Source of the DNA: Macrostomum hystrix | Lineage: Eukaryota; Animalia; Platyhelminthes | Reading direction: 5' to 3' | DNA length: 64,000 bases | NCBI GenBank assembly: GCA_950097015.1 | Contig: CATNEN010000012.1 | Location: 3,410,001-3,474,000 of the forward strand | Shown: piece by piece, positions 1 to 12,500 of the stretch | Numbering within the stretch: position 1 is the stretch's first letter | Layout of the letters: each line of letters opens with the position of its first letter | Made by a program: the position numbers and the translations under genes | The notes under the pieces: generated by a model | Databases searched by the model: none | Told to the model about the DNA's origin: nothing | What the model saw: the letters and a program-made list of their open reading frames with translations, nothing else

Positions 1-458
1 AGTTTGTGGCTTCCGCTTAACTTTTGAATTATGTTAAATTTTGTTTGTTAGTTTTTTTTCTTTAAAAAACCTTGGAAATCCGTGCTTTCCTGTCTGTCAG
101 GCCTATGTGAGTGTGAGTGCAGTTTAAAACTATCATTTTTTATTTTTCTTGCTGTTGTATTTTAACGTAGATTAATGAAACTGGCATTTGCACATTCAAC
201 TTCTATTCTAGTGTCTCCTGTGCCTAACTCACATAGCTTTTCTCATCCAGCTGCCAATTTTCTTAGCACTCTTTGTACCCTCGTGCTGTTTTATATTCAG
301 TTTTTTGTTACCAATTTTCTGAAATTATCACCTTTAGCTACTAACGAACGCCAGACTAGCTTAAAAGCTCTAGATAGCCTATCGAAAACAATACTGAGAA
401 ATATAAAATAAGACGTAAGCTGCCATCTGTGAGAAAGCGAATCTAAGTGTTGGTTGTT

Positions 459-1056
459 GCAGTCAGGGAGATCCAATGAGGTGGTGCGTGCCGCAGTCAG
501 GGAGATCCAATGAGGTGGTGGGTGCTGCAGTCAGGGAGATCCAATGAGGTGGTGGGTGCTGCAGTCAGGGAGATCCAATGAGGTGGTGGGTGCTGCAGTC
601 AGGGAGATCCAATGAGGTGGTGCGTGCCGCAGTCAGGGAGATCCAATGAGGTGGTGGGTGCTGCAGTCAGGGAGATCCAATGAGGTGGTGGGTGCTGCAG
701 TCAGGGAGATCCAATGAGGTGGTGGGTGCAGCAGTCAGGGAAATCCAATGAGGTGGTGGGTGCTGCAGTCAGGGAGATCCAATGAGGTGGTGGGTGCTGC
801 AGTCAGGGAGATCCAATGAGGTGGTGGGTGCTGCAGTCAGGGAGATCCAATGATGTGGTGGGTGCTGCAGTCAGGGAGATCCAATGAGGTGGTGGGTGCT
901 GCAGTCAGGGAGATCCAATGAGGTGGTGGGTGCTGCAGTCAGGGAGATCCAATGAGGTGGTGGGTGCTGCAGTCAGGGAGATCCAATGAGGTGGTGGGTG
1001 CAGCAGTCAGGGAAATCCAATGAGGTGGTGGGTGCTGCAGTCAGGGAGATCCAATG
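459..1056. repeat. 34-bp minisatellite (GCAGTCAGGGAGATCCAATGAGGTGGTGGGTGCT), about 17 units
   Basis: Head-to-tail units read directly, few substitutions, no spacers. Confidence 0.97.
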
Positions 1057-2486
1057 GGGTGTGTTAAAGTGTTATGCGCAAAACACATTTAGCCAGTAAG
1101 TGCTTCCTAGCTTCTGTAACATCCGGCAAAAAAGCTTGACAATAGTATTAGTTTAGCTACTAATTCTTATCGCATTGCTGGCTTTTTCTATATAGTTTTA
1201 GTCGGTTCTAGGCAACTGTCTACTGTTTCGCAATATTTTCAATGTCCTACTTGTTAGTAGTATCCTACAGCTGCAGTGCTTTTCGTGCATATCTTTTGAC
1301 TTATTAATTTGTATTCGAATGCTAGATATGTGTCTCCCTTGTCTCCAGTGCGAACAATGAACTATGGTTTTATCAAGTGCTTTTCTCCCCATTTGAGACC
1401 CGAGATTACATACGCAAACATTTAATTTACACATTTTTGTCCATCTTTTTTGCCTTTTTCATTGAAATCAGTTTAGCAATATGACTTGTTCCTGTGGCTA
1501 ACATTCGCTTACTCTGATATTGTACTTTTTATTTTATTTTTAAATCGCTCACAATTCCACACTCGCCTCAGTATTGTGCTTAGTCTATTTTGCGTGATAA
1601 GTAATATTGTTCGTGTCATTTAGTCATAACGATTGCGTGTGCAATATTATGGAATACATTTAGAATTCGCGTCACCTAGTAACTCATTCCGAAAAACGCT
1701 GCCCGCTTGTCTTAGCGCTTTTTATATTACTGACTCGACAATTTAGATTGCATAATTAAGTAGTATGTTTCATTTTTTAATTCTTTTTTTTTACTGACAA
1801 ACGAAATTGAAAGAATGAATTAATAGACTTGTCCCAGCCTATTCTTACTCTAGTTGAGACCTTATTTGGCACTTTGTGTGTGACTTTTTTGTCACAGTTT
1901 TGATTATGTAAAAGTACTTTGTTTCCTCGTCCGCTATTTATTCTTGCTGCTTTTCTTTTCTTAGTTATTTTTCTGCCTACATTTTTGTGGACATATGCAA
2001 AATAATCTATAGTTATAGCTTGCAATTTTTCTTCACCCTAGCATCATTAAACTGCCACTGCTAGCGTTGCTATTATTATTGACGTGACTATTTTTTCAAT
2101 TAAATAAATATTTTTTTCTACACTTTAAATCTGTATTCATATTTAGCTTTCCTTATTATTCTATTGAGAAATCATCAAATATATATATATATATCTAATC
2201 AAACATGCCGGCTCATTGCAACGGACCCTTTTTGCTTCCCCTAAAATTAATGGGAATCTAGCTTCTTTCTTTCGTTTGTTGTGTTTTCTAATAGAGACAA
2301 TTTATAAAAGAATGTCAACCTGACTGCTTCTCAACTGATAGAATGCAAGCAGCATTTGTTTAGCCGAGTTATTCAATATATATTTTCGCAACAATAGAAG
2401 TCATCTGGTTGTCTTTTTCACAGTCCTAGTCAAACGCAGAAACCACCGTTACACCGATCGGTCCAATCCATGCTTGCTTATGTCTC

Positions 2487-2846
2487 TCAGAGCCTGGAAG
2501 AAATGGTAGTTGTATTGCAGATGGCGAAATGGTATCAAGCCGAGCAGTATGCTGGCAATGCTCACCTCCACACGTATTTGTCCTTGCGCTTGACTAGGCT
2601 GGCAGTCTCGCCCTGGTTCTCCAGATAGGCCAGGAAGCCGCGGTACAGGGCGGCCACAGCCCGGCTAACCTGCCTTGGCGACATGCGGCATTCGCCAGAC
2701 TCGCTAGAGTCGATGGACCGGCGCTTCAGAGACAACAGGCTGCGCCACTGCTCTGGCTGGGCGGCGGCGGCGGCTTCCGCTGTGCTGCCGGACGCTGCGG
2801 CCATCAAGCAGATGGCGCAGACGGCAATCAAAGTGACGGGCTGCAT
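2487..2846 (-). CDS. Putative secreted neuropeptide/prohormone precursor, 95 aa, 2 coding exons (2846-2566, 2493-2487)
   Basis: MQPVTLIAVCAICLMAAASG is a signal-peptide-like N-terminus. Basic cleavage sites KRR and KRK are present. A 72-nt phase-2 intron (AG|GTGAG ... CTTCCAG|G) gives the C-terminus KRKDKYVWRL*. Family not recognised. Confidence 0.7.
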
Positions 2847-3963
2847 GGCTATATGGGAATGTATGGACAAATGTTGAGGATTCGGCAAATAATACAGTCT
2901 GCAGGGAAATATAGATCGATTCTGCAATCGATACTCCACAGTTTCACAGCTTTATACTGCCTCCGCTAGCATGCATTATTCAACGAGTCCATGCTGCTGT
3001 CCCCCCGCCTCCTGACTCGAACTTGATCATGACGCCAAAGCTGCATGTTGACTATTAATTGCATCAAGGTCTGGCCGGGCATTTCGGCGGCACCTGAGGC
3101 TTGCGATGCGCCGATTCTTAATCCCCAACGGAGGCACTGGCTGGCTCAGCTGCTGTGGCCCAACTCTGGGCTAACTGATGCGCGATTTAATCCGATTTGT
3201 TCGACAAATTATTCATTTTCTTCCCCGGCGACCATCGAGCATGGAACAGTAAACTCCTGCCTGCCTGCCTACCGGCTTTCCCGGCTACTACTCACCTGTG
3301 TTCCGCTTGAGTTTCGATCGCTGAACCAGTTGAATTCTTGGTCTGGTCTGCAAAGTTGTCTGCTGGTCTGCAAAGTCAGCAAAGCTGTCCGAGTTTTATA
3401 CCCAGAATTCGGCTGATTCGGCGGTCAAAGAGACTGTGCGATGTCTTGTGGGCACTCCGTTAGTCTCAGCGATTCCCTTTGATTTCCAAACGGGGAGTCC
3501 ATTAGCAGAGCGAGACCAAATGGATTGTTTGGGACAAGAGCAAGACGGGACCAAAATACTGAAAATTCTCAGTCCGGGGAGAAACTCAGGAAAACAGTGC
3601 CGTTAACGTCAAGGAAATCGAAATTTGATTTGCGTCATCAATTTTTCTTTTTAGCCAGACTTCTTAATTTCCATTTGCACCTTATAAATGGACGAAGGCG
3701 AATCGCAGATTGGCGTCTAAAAAGCTGCTCAATGTCTAATTGAGCTTGCTGGCTACACCCCACCTTGGTGCACTTTTCTTGACCACTTTCCTACCGATCT
3801 ACCGATTCTCTACCTAATCTATTCATTTAGTATCTGATCTACCGAGTCACAATATTTAATCAAATGATTAAATACCTTTAAACTACGAGCTGCTACGAGC
3901 TCGTATCAGCTGGCCTGTAAGACTATCTGATGTTATGGCTACATAATATAAAAATAATTGCAG

Positions 3964-4305
3964 GAGGGCTGCGGGCAATGGCACATCATTTGGTGACACT
4001 AGACCCGCAGCCAGCGAGGAGGCAATTCTGTCCATTTCGCTGACTCCTGAGCACACACGCACACAGATACTTTACGCAGGCACACGCTCACACAGGTGTG
4101 TACATCTGCCCTGACTTTCTCATTGTCAGGCAGTGTACACTCTCACTGTGCCTTGGAGGTTGGCCCTCAAGGGCGTAAATTGCACGACAAGCCCCCAAGC
4201 CTTCTCTCCGCGGCTGAGCCCCAAATAAATGTGGCCTCGCCGTGGAATCGAACTTAGGGACCTTGGTGCGAGAGGCAAACGCGTTAACCGCTCTGCCACC
4301 GACCC
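3964..4305 (-). mobile_element. tRNA-derived SINE, family 1, near full length
   Basis: Minus-strand head GGGTCGGTGGCAGAGCGG...GTTCGATTCC carries Pol III A and B boxes. The body recurs at about 27.2, 42.9, 43.3 and 47.2 kb. Confidence 0.88.
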
Positions 4306-4761
4306 GTCATGGCTGCATAGACGACGGGAAAAATGGGTAAGCCAATTAAGCCACAGGTTAAGAAAATTTTACGCTTCAACCATAGCTAAGAATTTCAAAT
4401 TTGAGCTGGCAACCAGGTATATTTATGTATTTATGCATGCATAATTCAGTTTTTGTCTGAATAAAAAATTTTTTTTATAATTCAATCCAAATATAAAACA
4501 AACCCAAGATTACCGGAAATTGTACAGCAAGGAAATCTTGTACGTTTCTGTACACACACATTGCTGACTTTGATTGTCTATAACAAAAGTTAAGCCGTCC
4601 TTTTCAAGGGCAGATTATTAGCTCATGTAGATGCCTGTGTCCGGCGGAAATGTCGCCCTGTCTCTCCTGCTCTCCCAATAATAATTGAGGCATTGTTGGC
4701 AGCCAGCGCCCTTGCCACCTTGTGTGCACTGAAGAGTAAAGTAAAAATATAGGTAAACTGC

Positions 4762-5442
4762 ATTCCATGACCTACATTCCCTGATTCCATGACCTATACA
4801 AACCCTGATTCCATGACCTATACAAACCCTGATTCCATGACCTACATTCCCTGATTATATGACCTATACAAACCCAGATACCATGACCTACGAACCCTGA
4901 TTCCATGACCTACAAACCCTGATTCCATGACCTACACTCCCTGATTCCATGACCTACAAACCCTGATACCATGACCTACAAACCCTGATTCCATGACCTA
5001 CAAACCCTGATTCCATGACCTACAAACCCTGATTCCATGACCTACAAACCCTGATTCCATGACCTACAAACCCTGATTCCATGACCTACACTCCCTGATT
5101 CCATGACCTACACTCCCTGATTCCATGACCTACAAACCCTGATTCCATGACCTACAAACCCTGATTCCATGACCTACACTCCCTGATTCCGTGACCTACA
5201 AACCCTGATTCCATGACCTACAAACCCTGATTCCATGACCTACAAACCCTGATTCCATGACCTACAAACCCTGATTCCATGACCTACAAACCCTGATTCC
5301 ATGACCTACACTCCCTGATTCCATGACCTACACTCCCTGATTCCATCACCTACACTCCCTGATTCCATGACCTACACTCCCTGATTCCGTGACCTACACT
5401 CCCTGATTCCATGACCTACACTCCCTGATTCCATCACCTACA
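4762..5442. repeat. 22/23-bp minisatellite (CCCTGATTCCATGACCTACAAA / ...CACT variant)
   Basis: Direct reading of about 30 tandem units. Confidence 0.96.
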
Positions 5443-5930
5443 GTAATTGATTTTATCTTGCTGATTCGGTTGCCTAAAACTGGTGACTGGTAAGTTTCTC
5501 TGGGTGATTCGGTTTGAAAGGTAAGAACAACAGGTTTTTTATCTTACGCAGTCCTTATTTTTCAACTTCAACACTTGGCCGATTGTGATGACTAGTAGCC
5601 CTAGCAACAGGACCATCGATGCAGCTGGCATTGCTGCCATGTAATTTTCATAGGCTGAAATTTGAATGGTCACTAACCGATGTCATGGATCTCGCAGGTA
5701 TAAAACAGTACTAAGCACTGGTGGCTGCAACAAACCTTTGGATGGCTGTCGGCTGATCGAAAAAAATCCAAAATTGACGTCCCTAATAGAGGGCCTCGAA
5801 TTAAACAGCAGAACCACGTGACTTATTGGCTGTATCTGAAATATTGATCGGAGAAGAAAGAGACGTTAAATTCTATTGTAGATACTGTTAGTAGCATCTA
5901 GCTTACACCGAATCTTTGCTTAGTCGCTAT

Positions 5931-6480
5931 AGACATGGAGAGAGTGGGTGTGATACTTTGTAGGACAGATATGGATTGAGGTGGGTGTAGTAGTGTGATT
6001 AAAAAACATGAAGGAGTGTTTTCGTTGTAATGGGTAGGAAGGGCATGGAGTGTGAGGTGGGTGTAAGAGTGCGGTATAAAAGAGATGGAGTTAGGTGGGT
6101 TTTTTGTGTGATAGTAAAGATTCGGATCGAGGGTGGGTGCAATAGTGGGATAGAAAAGATATGGAGTGAGGTGGGCGCATAATTGGGGTAGGAAAGACAT
6201 GGAGTGAGGTGGTTGTATAAGTGGGGTAGGAAATTCATGGAGTGAGGTGGTTGTATAAGTGGGGTAGGAAATACATGGAGTGAGGTGGTTATATAAGTGG
6301 GGTAGGAAATACATGGAGTGAGGTTGGTTGTATAGTAGGATAGGAGAGACATGGAGTGAGGTGGTTGTATAAGTGGGGTAGGAAATACATGGAGTGGGGT
6401 GGTTGTATAGTAGGATAGGAGAGACATTGAGTGAGGTGGTTGTATAAGTGGGGTAGGAAAGACATGGAGTGAGGTGGTTG
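5931..6480. repeat. Degenerate ~38-bp G-rich minisatellite (CATGGAGTGAGGTGGTTGTATAAGTGGGGTAGGAAATA)
   Basis: Conserved core at about 6195-6480, with decayed units to the left. Confidence 0.88.
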
Positions 6481-7152
6481 CCAATGGTTTGAAATAGTTT
6501 TAGACTTATGTTGTGCTCTTCGCCGCTTCCAGATAAACTTGCCTGATTCACGTATGCTTTAAACGTGCTCCTGTCTGTGCTAATCCACTGATGCATGTGC
6601 GTCCATGGCAATGAGGAATTCGTGTCAGACGGCAGAGCATCAGCTGGGCAGCCGCAGTTTAGTGACAGTTTTCGAGAAATCTCATTGGTTAGCTTACTTG
6701 ACAGAACTGCGATGGCTGTGATGTTCGCAATCTTACCCAAAGTTTGTGATACTGAAATTATAAAGCTAAAAGTGGATTTACTATCAAACTTGACTGATGA
6801 GGAATCTCTGGGACTGGAAAGCTAACTCATCGAAAACTGATTATACGTGATTGGGGATTAAAGTGGCTTACTGACTTACTGAGGCAGGAACAGTGCAAAA
6901 TACTTACAAACGATTTCCACATCGTTCAGCAGCAAATCTGATGGCACGGCAACAAGAAAAAAGTAACGCCCATCAAAACCAGGATGTTTGCAGACAGGTA
7001 CGAAATTGCCAGCGTTGATGCTCCCGTCGTTGCTACTCAGCGGCCAGAATTGCTGACGTAAAGCGATTATTGGCTGCCGTACATAGGTGCCACTCCCATC
7101 TGCCATGTTCAACATGCGATTGCAACATTGATTTGAGATCGTTTGAATAATT

Positions 7153-7166
7153 TGCCTGCCTGCCTA

Positions 7167-7210
<44 letters not shown>

Positions 7211-7246
7211 CATGCCTGCCTGACTGCCTGCCTGCCTGCCTGCCTA

Positions 7247-7314
<68 letters not shown>

Positions 7315-7684
7315 ACTGCCTGCCTGCCTGCCTGACTGACTGACTGATTGACTGACTCACTCACTCACTCACTCACTCACTCACTCACTCACTCACTCAC
7401 TCACTCACTCACTCACTCACTCACTCACTCACTCACTCACTCACTCACTCACTCACTCACTCACTCACTCACTCACTCACTCACTCACTCACTCACTCAC
7501 TCACTCACTCACTCACTCACTCACTCACTCACTCACTCACTCACTCACTCACTCACTCACTCACTCACTCACTCACTCACTCACTCACTCACTCACTCAC
7601 TCACTCACTCACTCACTCACTCACTCACTCACTCACTCACTCACTCACTCACTCACTCACTCACTCACTCACTCACTCACTCAC
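7153..7684. repeat. Compound tetranucleotide microsatellite (GCCT)n-(GACT)n-(CACT)n
   Basis: Read directly. The (CACT)n block is about 330 bp and essentially perfect. Confidence 0.98.
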
Positions 7685-9597
7685 ATTCGGTGATCTCGCC
7701 ATTGCAGTTGTGCTGGGCGACTCTTGTAAAAATCAACAGCATTAAAATCGCATCTGGTCTGAACCTGCAGCTCAGCATAGTTTTCAGAATATTTTTCTCG
7801 GCAAGTTTCGTCTTCACAGATTCAGCTAGTTTCTGCTTTCAGCCTACAGTCGTCTCCCATCTTTGCTTAAAAGCAAAAACTGTGTCGCTGTGCAAAGCCA
7901 GTCATCAAACATAAACACACTGTTGGAAACTCGTAGCTGCTATAATTTCAACAAGCTGAGGCCTTTGAAAACACGTTCTCTGTTTGTCCGCGTATGCCTG
8001 CTGTGGGCCACAATCGATACCTGACTATGCAATGATGCCTCCCAATTCTCTCTACCAGTCAGTTCAGGGACAGCAAAGCAAGATAGAGTTTGATGCAGCC
8101 CCGGAAACGCTAATTGCATGCCAACTGGACTATTTATTGTCACCAGAATACTAAGTGACTTTCAGGCTTTGCTTAGAATTTTTAGCATGCATTGTCACTA
8201 TTTGAATTTCCTGTTGAAGGCTTTCAGACTGTCAAATATAGAAGCATTTTTATCCTCCAAATATGGGCTATGGAAACAGTGTTTTTAATGGACTTTGGTC
8301 TGAGTTTTGACTCAGGATTCTTAATGCTCAGAAAAATACAGAAGTAGACAATAAGAGAGATAAGTTTCTGAGCTTGTAAAGCCTGTAACACTCCGCACAC
8401 CTGCAGACTCTCTCTTCCTGGTTCCACCTCATCACTTTACCATTCCCACGGACTGTCAGCCCATCACTTCCTTCCTTGCTTGTCTTTCGGGCCAGCGTGA
8501 GCGACTGTAGCCTGACAGCGAGCTCGGCTATGTAATAGGAGAGAACTGAAAGACTGAGTTGGCAGTTCATCAGACTAGGCAAGCATTTTCTGTTGCTAAG
8601 ACTACCACTAGCTAATCTACCACCTAGGTTCCCGTGTGTCCTCAATGCTCGGATACAAAATTTAATGATAGAAGAAAATACATTTTTTACCTGTGCGACA
8701 ATACTAAAAAAATATACTTTATGAATGATTGGGGAAGCATTTGCCCCCATTGTTGAGAAGTCAAAGCTTCCGCCATAGAAGTGCCAACAATGCAGTTAAA
8801 CAAAGACAGAGTCGTTAACTAAGAATAATCGTTTGCTCAGAGCAGAAAATCGAAGGCCGGGACAGCGGAGGTCCTGATTGATGTACTGATTGTCTGAATT
8901 CTGCCTTTATAAACTCATATCCCATGATCTCATGGAAATTGGACAACAGATGATAAGCAGATTAGGAGGAGGTCAGCCCAATATCCCATTGGGAGTTGCC
9001 ACAGAGAGTTAAAGTTGATGGCGCGGTCGCTGTGTTGGAGGGAACGGAAAAGCGAGGGAGCTGGTCTACGGGAGGTCGCGATCAACAACTGGCTCCTTTT
9101 CTCCCTCTCTCTCCCTCTGTTCTCCCATCATGCAGGTAGTGAGCAGAGGCGAGAAAGGCTGCCGAGCGAGGCAAGTATTTTTTTGTGCGCGCGGCAATTT
9201 TTGGTTGGCAACCGGTTGGCAGGCACTGCTTTGCTGCTTTTGTTTGCATGGCAACGCCGGCCCGTGAGGTTGTGGGCGGCCGCTGCGCGCGGATGGGGAA
9301 GAATGGCTGGGAATCTCGAGGCAGATATGCATTTTTGGGAGAGAGAGAGGGAGACAGAGAGAGAAAGAGTGTTAGAGCAAGAGAAGTGACTCCGGGTGGG
9401 CCGGGGGGGAACAAAGAAAACGAATTTCTAGCTGGGGGGTGGGGCGGGCTGGTTCTGGTGGTGGGGAGGCAGCGAGCTCTGACTTCGCAATAAAATGAGG
9501 GGGAAAGCGGGAAAATATATCAGAGTTAGCAGCAGTGCATCTCTCTCTCCCAGTTCCCAGACAAGTTTGTGGGCCAGCTGTAGCAGAGTCGCTAAAA

Positions 9598-12500
9598 ATG
9601 CCAGAACCCAACGGCGCCCCGTCGTCTGGACCGACCTCGTCGTCGGCGACGCCCACGAAGCGTTCCAACTCGCCGATGCCGCCAGTCAGGGCGTTCAGCG
9701 GACAGTCGCGCTCCCAGCAGCACTCGGCCTCCTCCGATGGCGGCGGCAGCTTCGGTGGTGGCGGCGGCGGCGTCGTCGGCGTCAACGGAGGCGTCGGCAT
9801 CGGCATCACCGAGGAGGTCGAGGTGGTGTTCCTGGAAACTCTGGACAAGAAGTATGAGTGCCCGGTGTGCGGCCAGGTGCTCCGCTATCCGGTGCAGTTC
9901 GAGGAGTGCGGCCACCGCTGCTGCAGCTCCTGCCTGCCCGACCTGCTCAGGTGAGCCGCAGACTTGACTGCGCATTGGGGAGAATACCAGTCAATATACG
10001 TGTGTGCTTTTATTTATGCCTCATAAACTGCTCCATTTGGACAGGGTGGCGCCAAGGTGCCCCTTGGACCAGGTGGCCATAGACAAAGAGAAGGTCTACG
10101 TTGACAAGGCCTTCCAGAAGGAGACGGATAATTTGGGAGTAAAGTGCTCCTTCAGCGGGCGCGGCTGTCCATGGACTGGCGTACTTCGGGAGCTTATGGT
10201 GAGCCCAACTGGCGAATGATGATTTCACAAGGACTACTAAATTAGAAGCTAACTACTGGTGGTCCTTGTGAGTTCACTCACGGTTGTATCATTCACTCAG
10301 GTGGGAATAGAAAAGGACTTTCAAAGTTATTATTCTACTTATAGTAATATCCAAAGTTAAATAATAATTAGTCTCAATTTCGCATGATTAATATTGTTAG
10401 TCACTCTGATGTCACTCTGATGTCACTCTGATGTCACTCTGATGTCACTCTGATGTCACTCTGATATCACTCTGATGTCACTCTTATATCACTCTGATTT
10501 CAGTTTGATATCACTCTGATGTCACTTTGATGTCACTCTGATGTCACTCTGATGTCACTCTGACATCACTCTGATGTCACTCTGATGTCACTCTGATATC
10601 ACTCAGATGTCACTCTGATATCACTCTGATGTCACTCTGATGTCACTCGGATGCCACACTCATCGCTTTCAGGCGCACATGGAGGGCTGCGACCGTATGA
10701 TGACAACCTGCCCGATGCGCTGCGGCGTGGAATTTGAGAAGCGTTTCTTAGAAAAGCACCGGAACGACGACTGCCCGAAGCGCGAGATCCACTGCCAGTT
10801 CTGCGAGACCCGCTTGATTGCCGAGCACGAGGCCGAGCACCTGGAGACCTGTCCGAAGTTTCTCGTGCCCTGCCCGAATAAGTGCAAACGGCGCGAGGTG
10901 GCTAGAGAGAGGCTGACTGAGCACCTTGAGAATGAGTGCATGAAGCAGGACCTGAGCTGCCCGTTCTCCAGCTATGGCTGCCAGTTTACTGTGAGTACAT
11001 GGCTGCACACTTTGCGTCTCGTATTTTTGAGTTTTTAGTTTTCAGAAAGTCTCAGTATCAGATCTCAGTTCTCAGTTCTCAGTTCTCAGTTCTCAGATCT
11101 CAGTTCTCAGATCTTAGTTCTCAGATCTTAGTTCTCAGATCTTAGTTCTCAGTTCTCAGATCTCAGATCTCACATCCCAGTTCTCAGATCTCAGTTCTCA
11201 AATCTCAGTTCTCAGATCTCAGTTCTCAAATCTCAGTTCTCAGATCTCAGTTCTCAAATCTCAGTTCTCAAATCTCAGTTCTCAGATCTCACATCCAAGT
11301 TCTCACATCCCAGTTCTCAGATCTCAGTTCTCAGATCTCAGTTCTCGGATCTCAAATCTCATATCCCAGTTCACATGTTCTCATTTGTCTGATTAGCAAG
11401 CTAAAGCTCGTGTCCCATGGCCTGTCTTCAAGCCGATTTTCAGGTCAAAATGTAGCCAATCTTTCGGCAGTGGGTTCAGCAAAACAGGGAAGAAGTGCTC
11501 GGTCTGTTGGCTCAATGCTAACAGAAGCCTAGCAAATAACTGAAGTTCCTGCTTTTGGCAGCAGCAGCAGTAAACAATGCCCCTTCTCAATCTAGCTTTT
11601 CCCAAACGACACAGCCAAGAAAGTGGGATCTTGCGGAGCGAATACTTTGGTCCGCATGTGGAAGCCCTACTCGGTGTGTCGCATTCTGATGAGTTTGACA
11701 GTTCTACAGGAACTGATTTCATGGGCTAAGGCACGCCTTCTCGATATGAAGTAACTACGCGCATGTTTATAGCAAGCTCGAATGCTCAATTTTTTATAAG
11801 GTTAGGCGCATAATAAAACTCAAATTACCTCATTTTTCATATGTTACCTACTGAATTCCTGCGAGATTACGCATTCAAAGGTTTTAAGAATTGACCTTCC
11901 AATGTCTCGAAAATTCACCTTTAAAAATCCTAAATTTCACCTTCCAATGTTCCTACATTTAACCTTGAAGTATTCTCAAATTTCACGTTCAAATCTTCAT
12001 ACATTTCACCTTCAAATGTTCCGACACTTCACCTTCAAATATTCACACACTTCACCTTCAAATGTTCCGACACTTCACCTTCAAATGTTCCGACACTTCA
12101 CCTTCAAATATTCACACACTTCACCTTCAAATGTTCCTACACTTCACCTTCAAATATTCCGACACTTCACCTTCAAATGTTCCGATACTTCACCTTCAAA
12201 TGTTCCGACACTTCACCTTCAAATATTCACACACTTCACCTTCAAATGTTCCGACACTTCACCTTCAAATGTTCCGACACTTCACCTTCAAATGAGTCCA
12301 CCAATCGAACCGCCTCGCCAACGCAGGGCAAGAAGAAGGCCATGAAGGAACACGTGGCCGCAAAGCAGCTGAGCCACATGGAAATTCTGTGCGCCGCAGT
12401 GAAGCAGGGAGACAGAAGTCGGGACGCCCAGGAGAAGGTCATGCAGGAGATGGAGAAGAAGATGCTGGGCATTGAGCGCCGAGTTAACGGGCTGGAGAAT

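Noticed and set aside
2487-2846. NPY/NPF identity for the peptide precursor, suggested by the phase-2 intron in a terminal Arg codon
   Set aside because: There is no RxRF/Y-G-K/R amidation motif and no PP-fold pattern; the spliced product ends WRL*.
4230-4305. tRNA genes at the SINE heads (also about 21144, 47510-47586 and 51552)
   Set aside because: Acceptor and anticodon stems do not pair properly, and each head continues into a shared repeated body, so these are SINEs.
5898-6740. 280-aa and 161-aa minus-strand ORFs
   Set aside because: Most of their length is the 38-bp minisatellite. The unique part is treated only as a possible relic.
7164-7914. GRQA- and THSL-repeat ORFs
   Set aside because: Microsatellite translations.
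9015-9975. Several overlapping ORFs around TRAF exon 1, and similar antisense ORFs over other GC-rich exons (23655-24056, 37015-37347, 42128-42592, 50465-50900, 55373-55699)
   Set aside because: They are shadow frames of GC-rich coding exons or UTR with no independent motifs.
11393-11760. 109-aa ORF and non-repetitive island in TRAF intron 3
   Set aside because: No recognisable domain, termini or second copy in the window. It could be a TE scrap but is unsupported.
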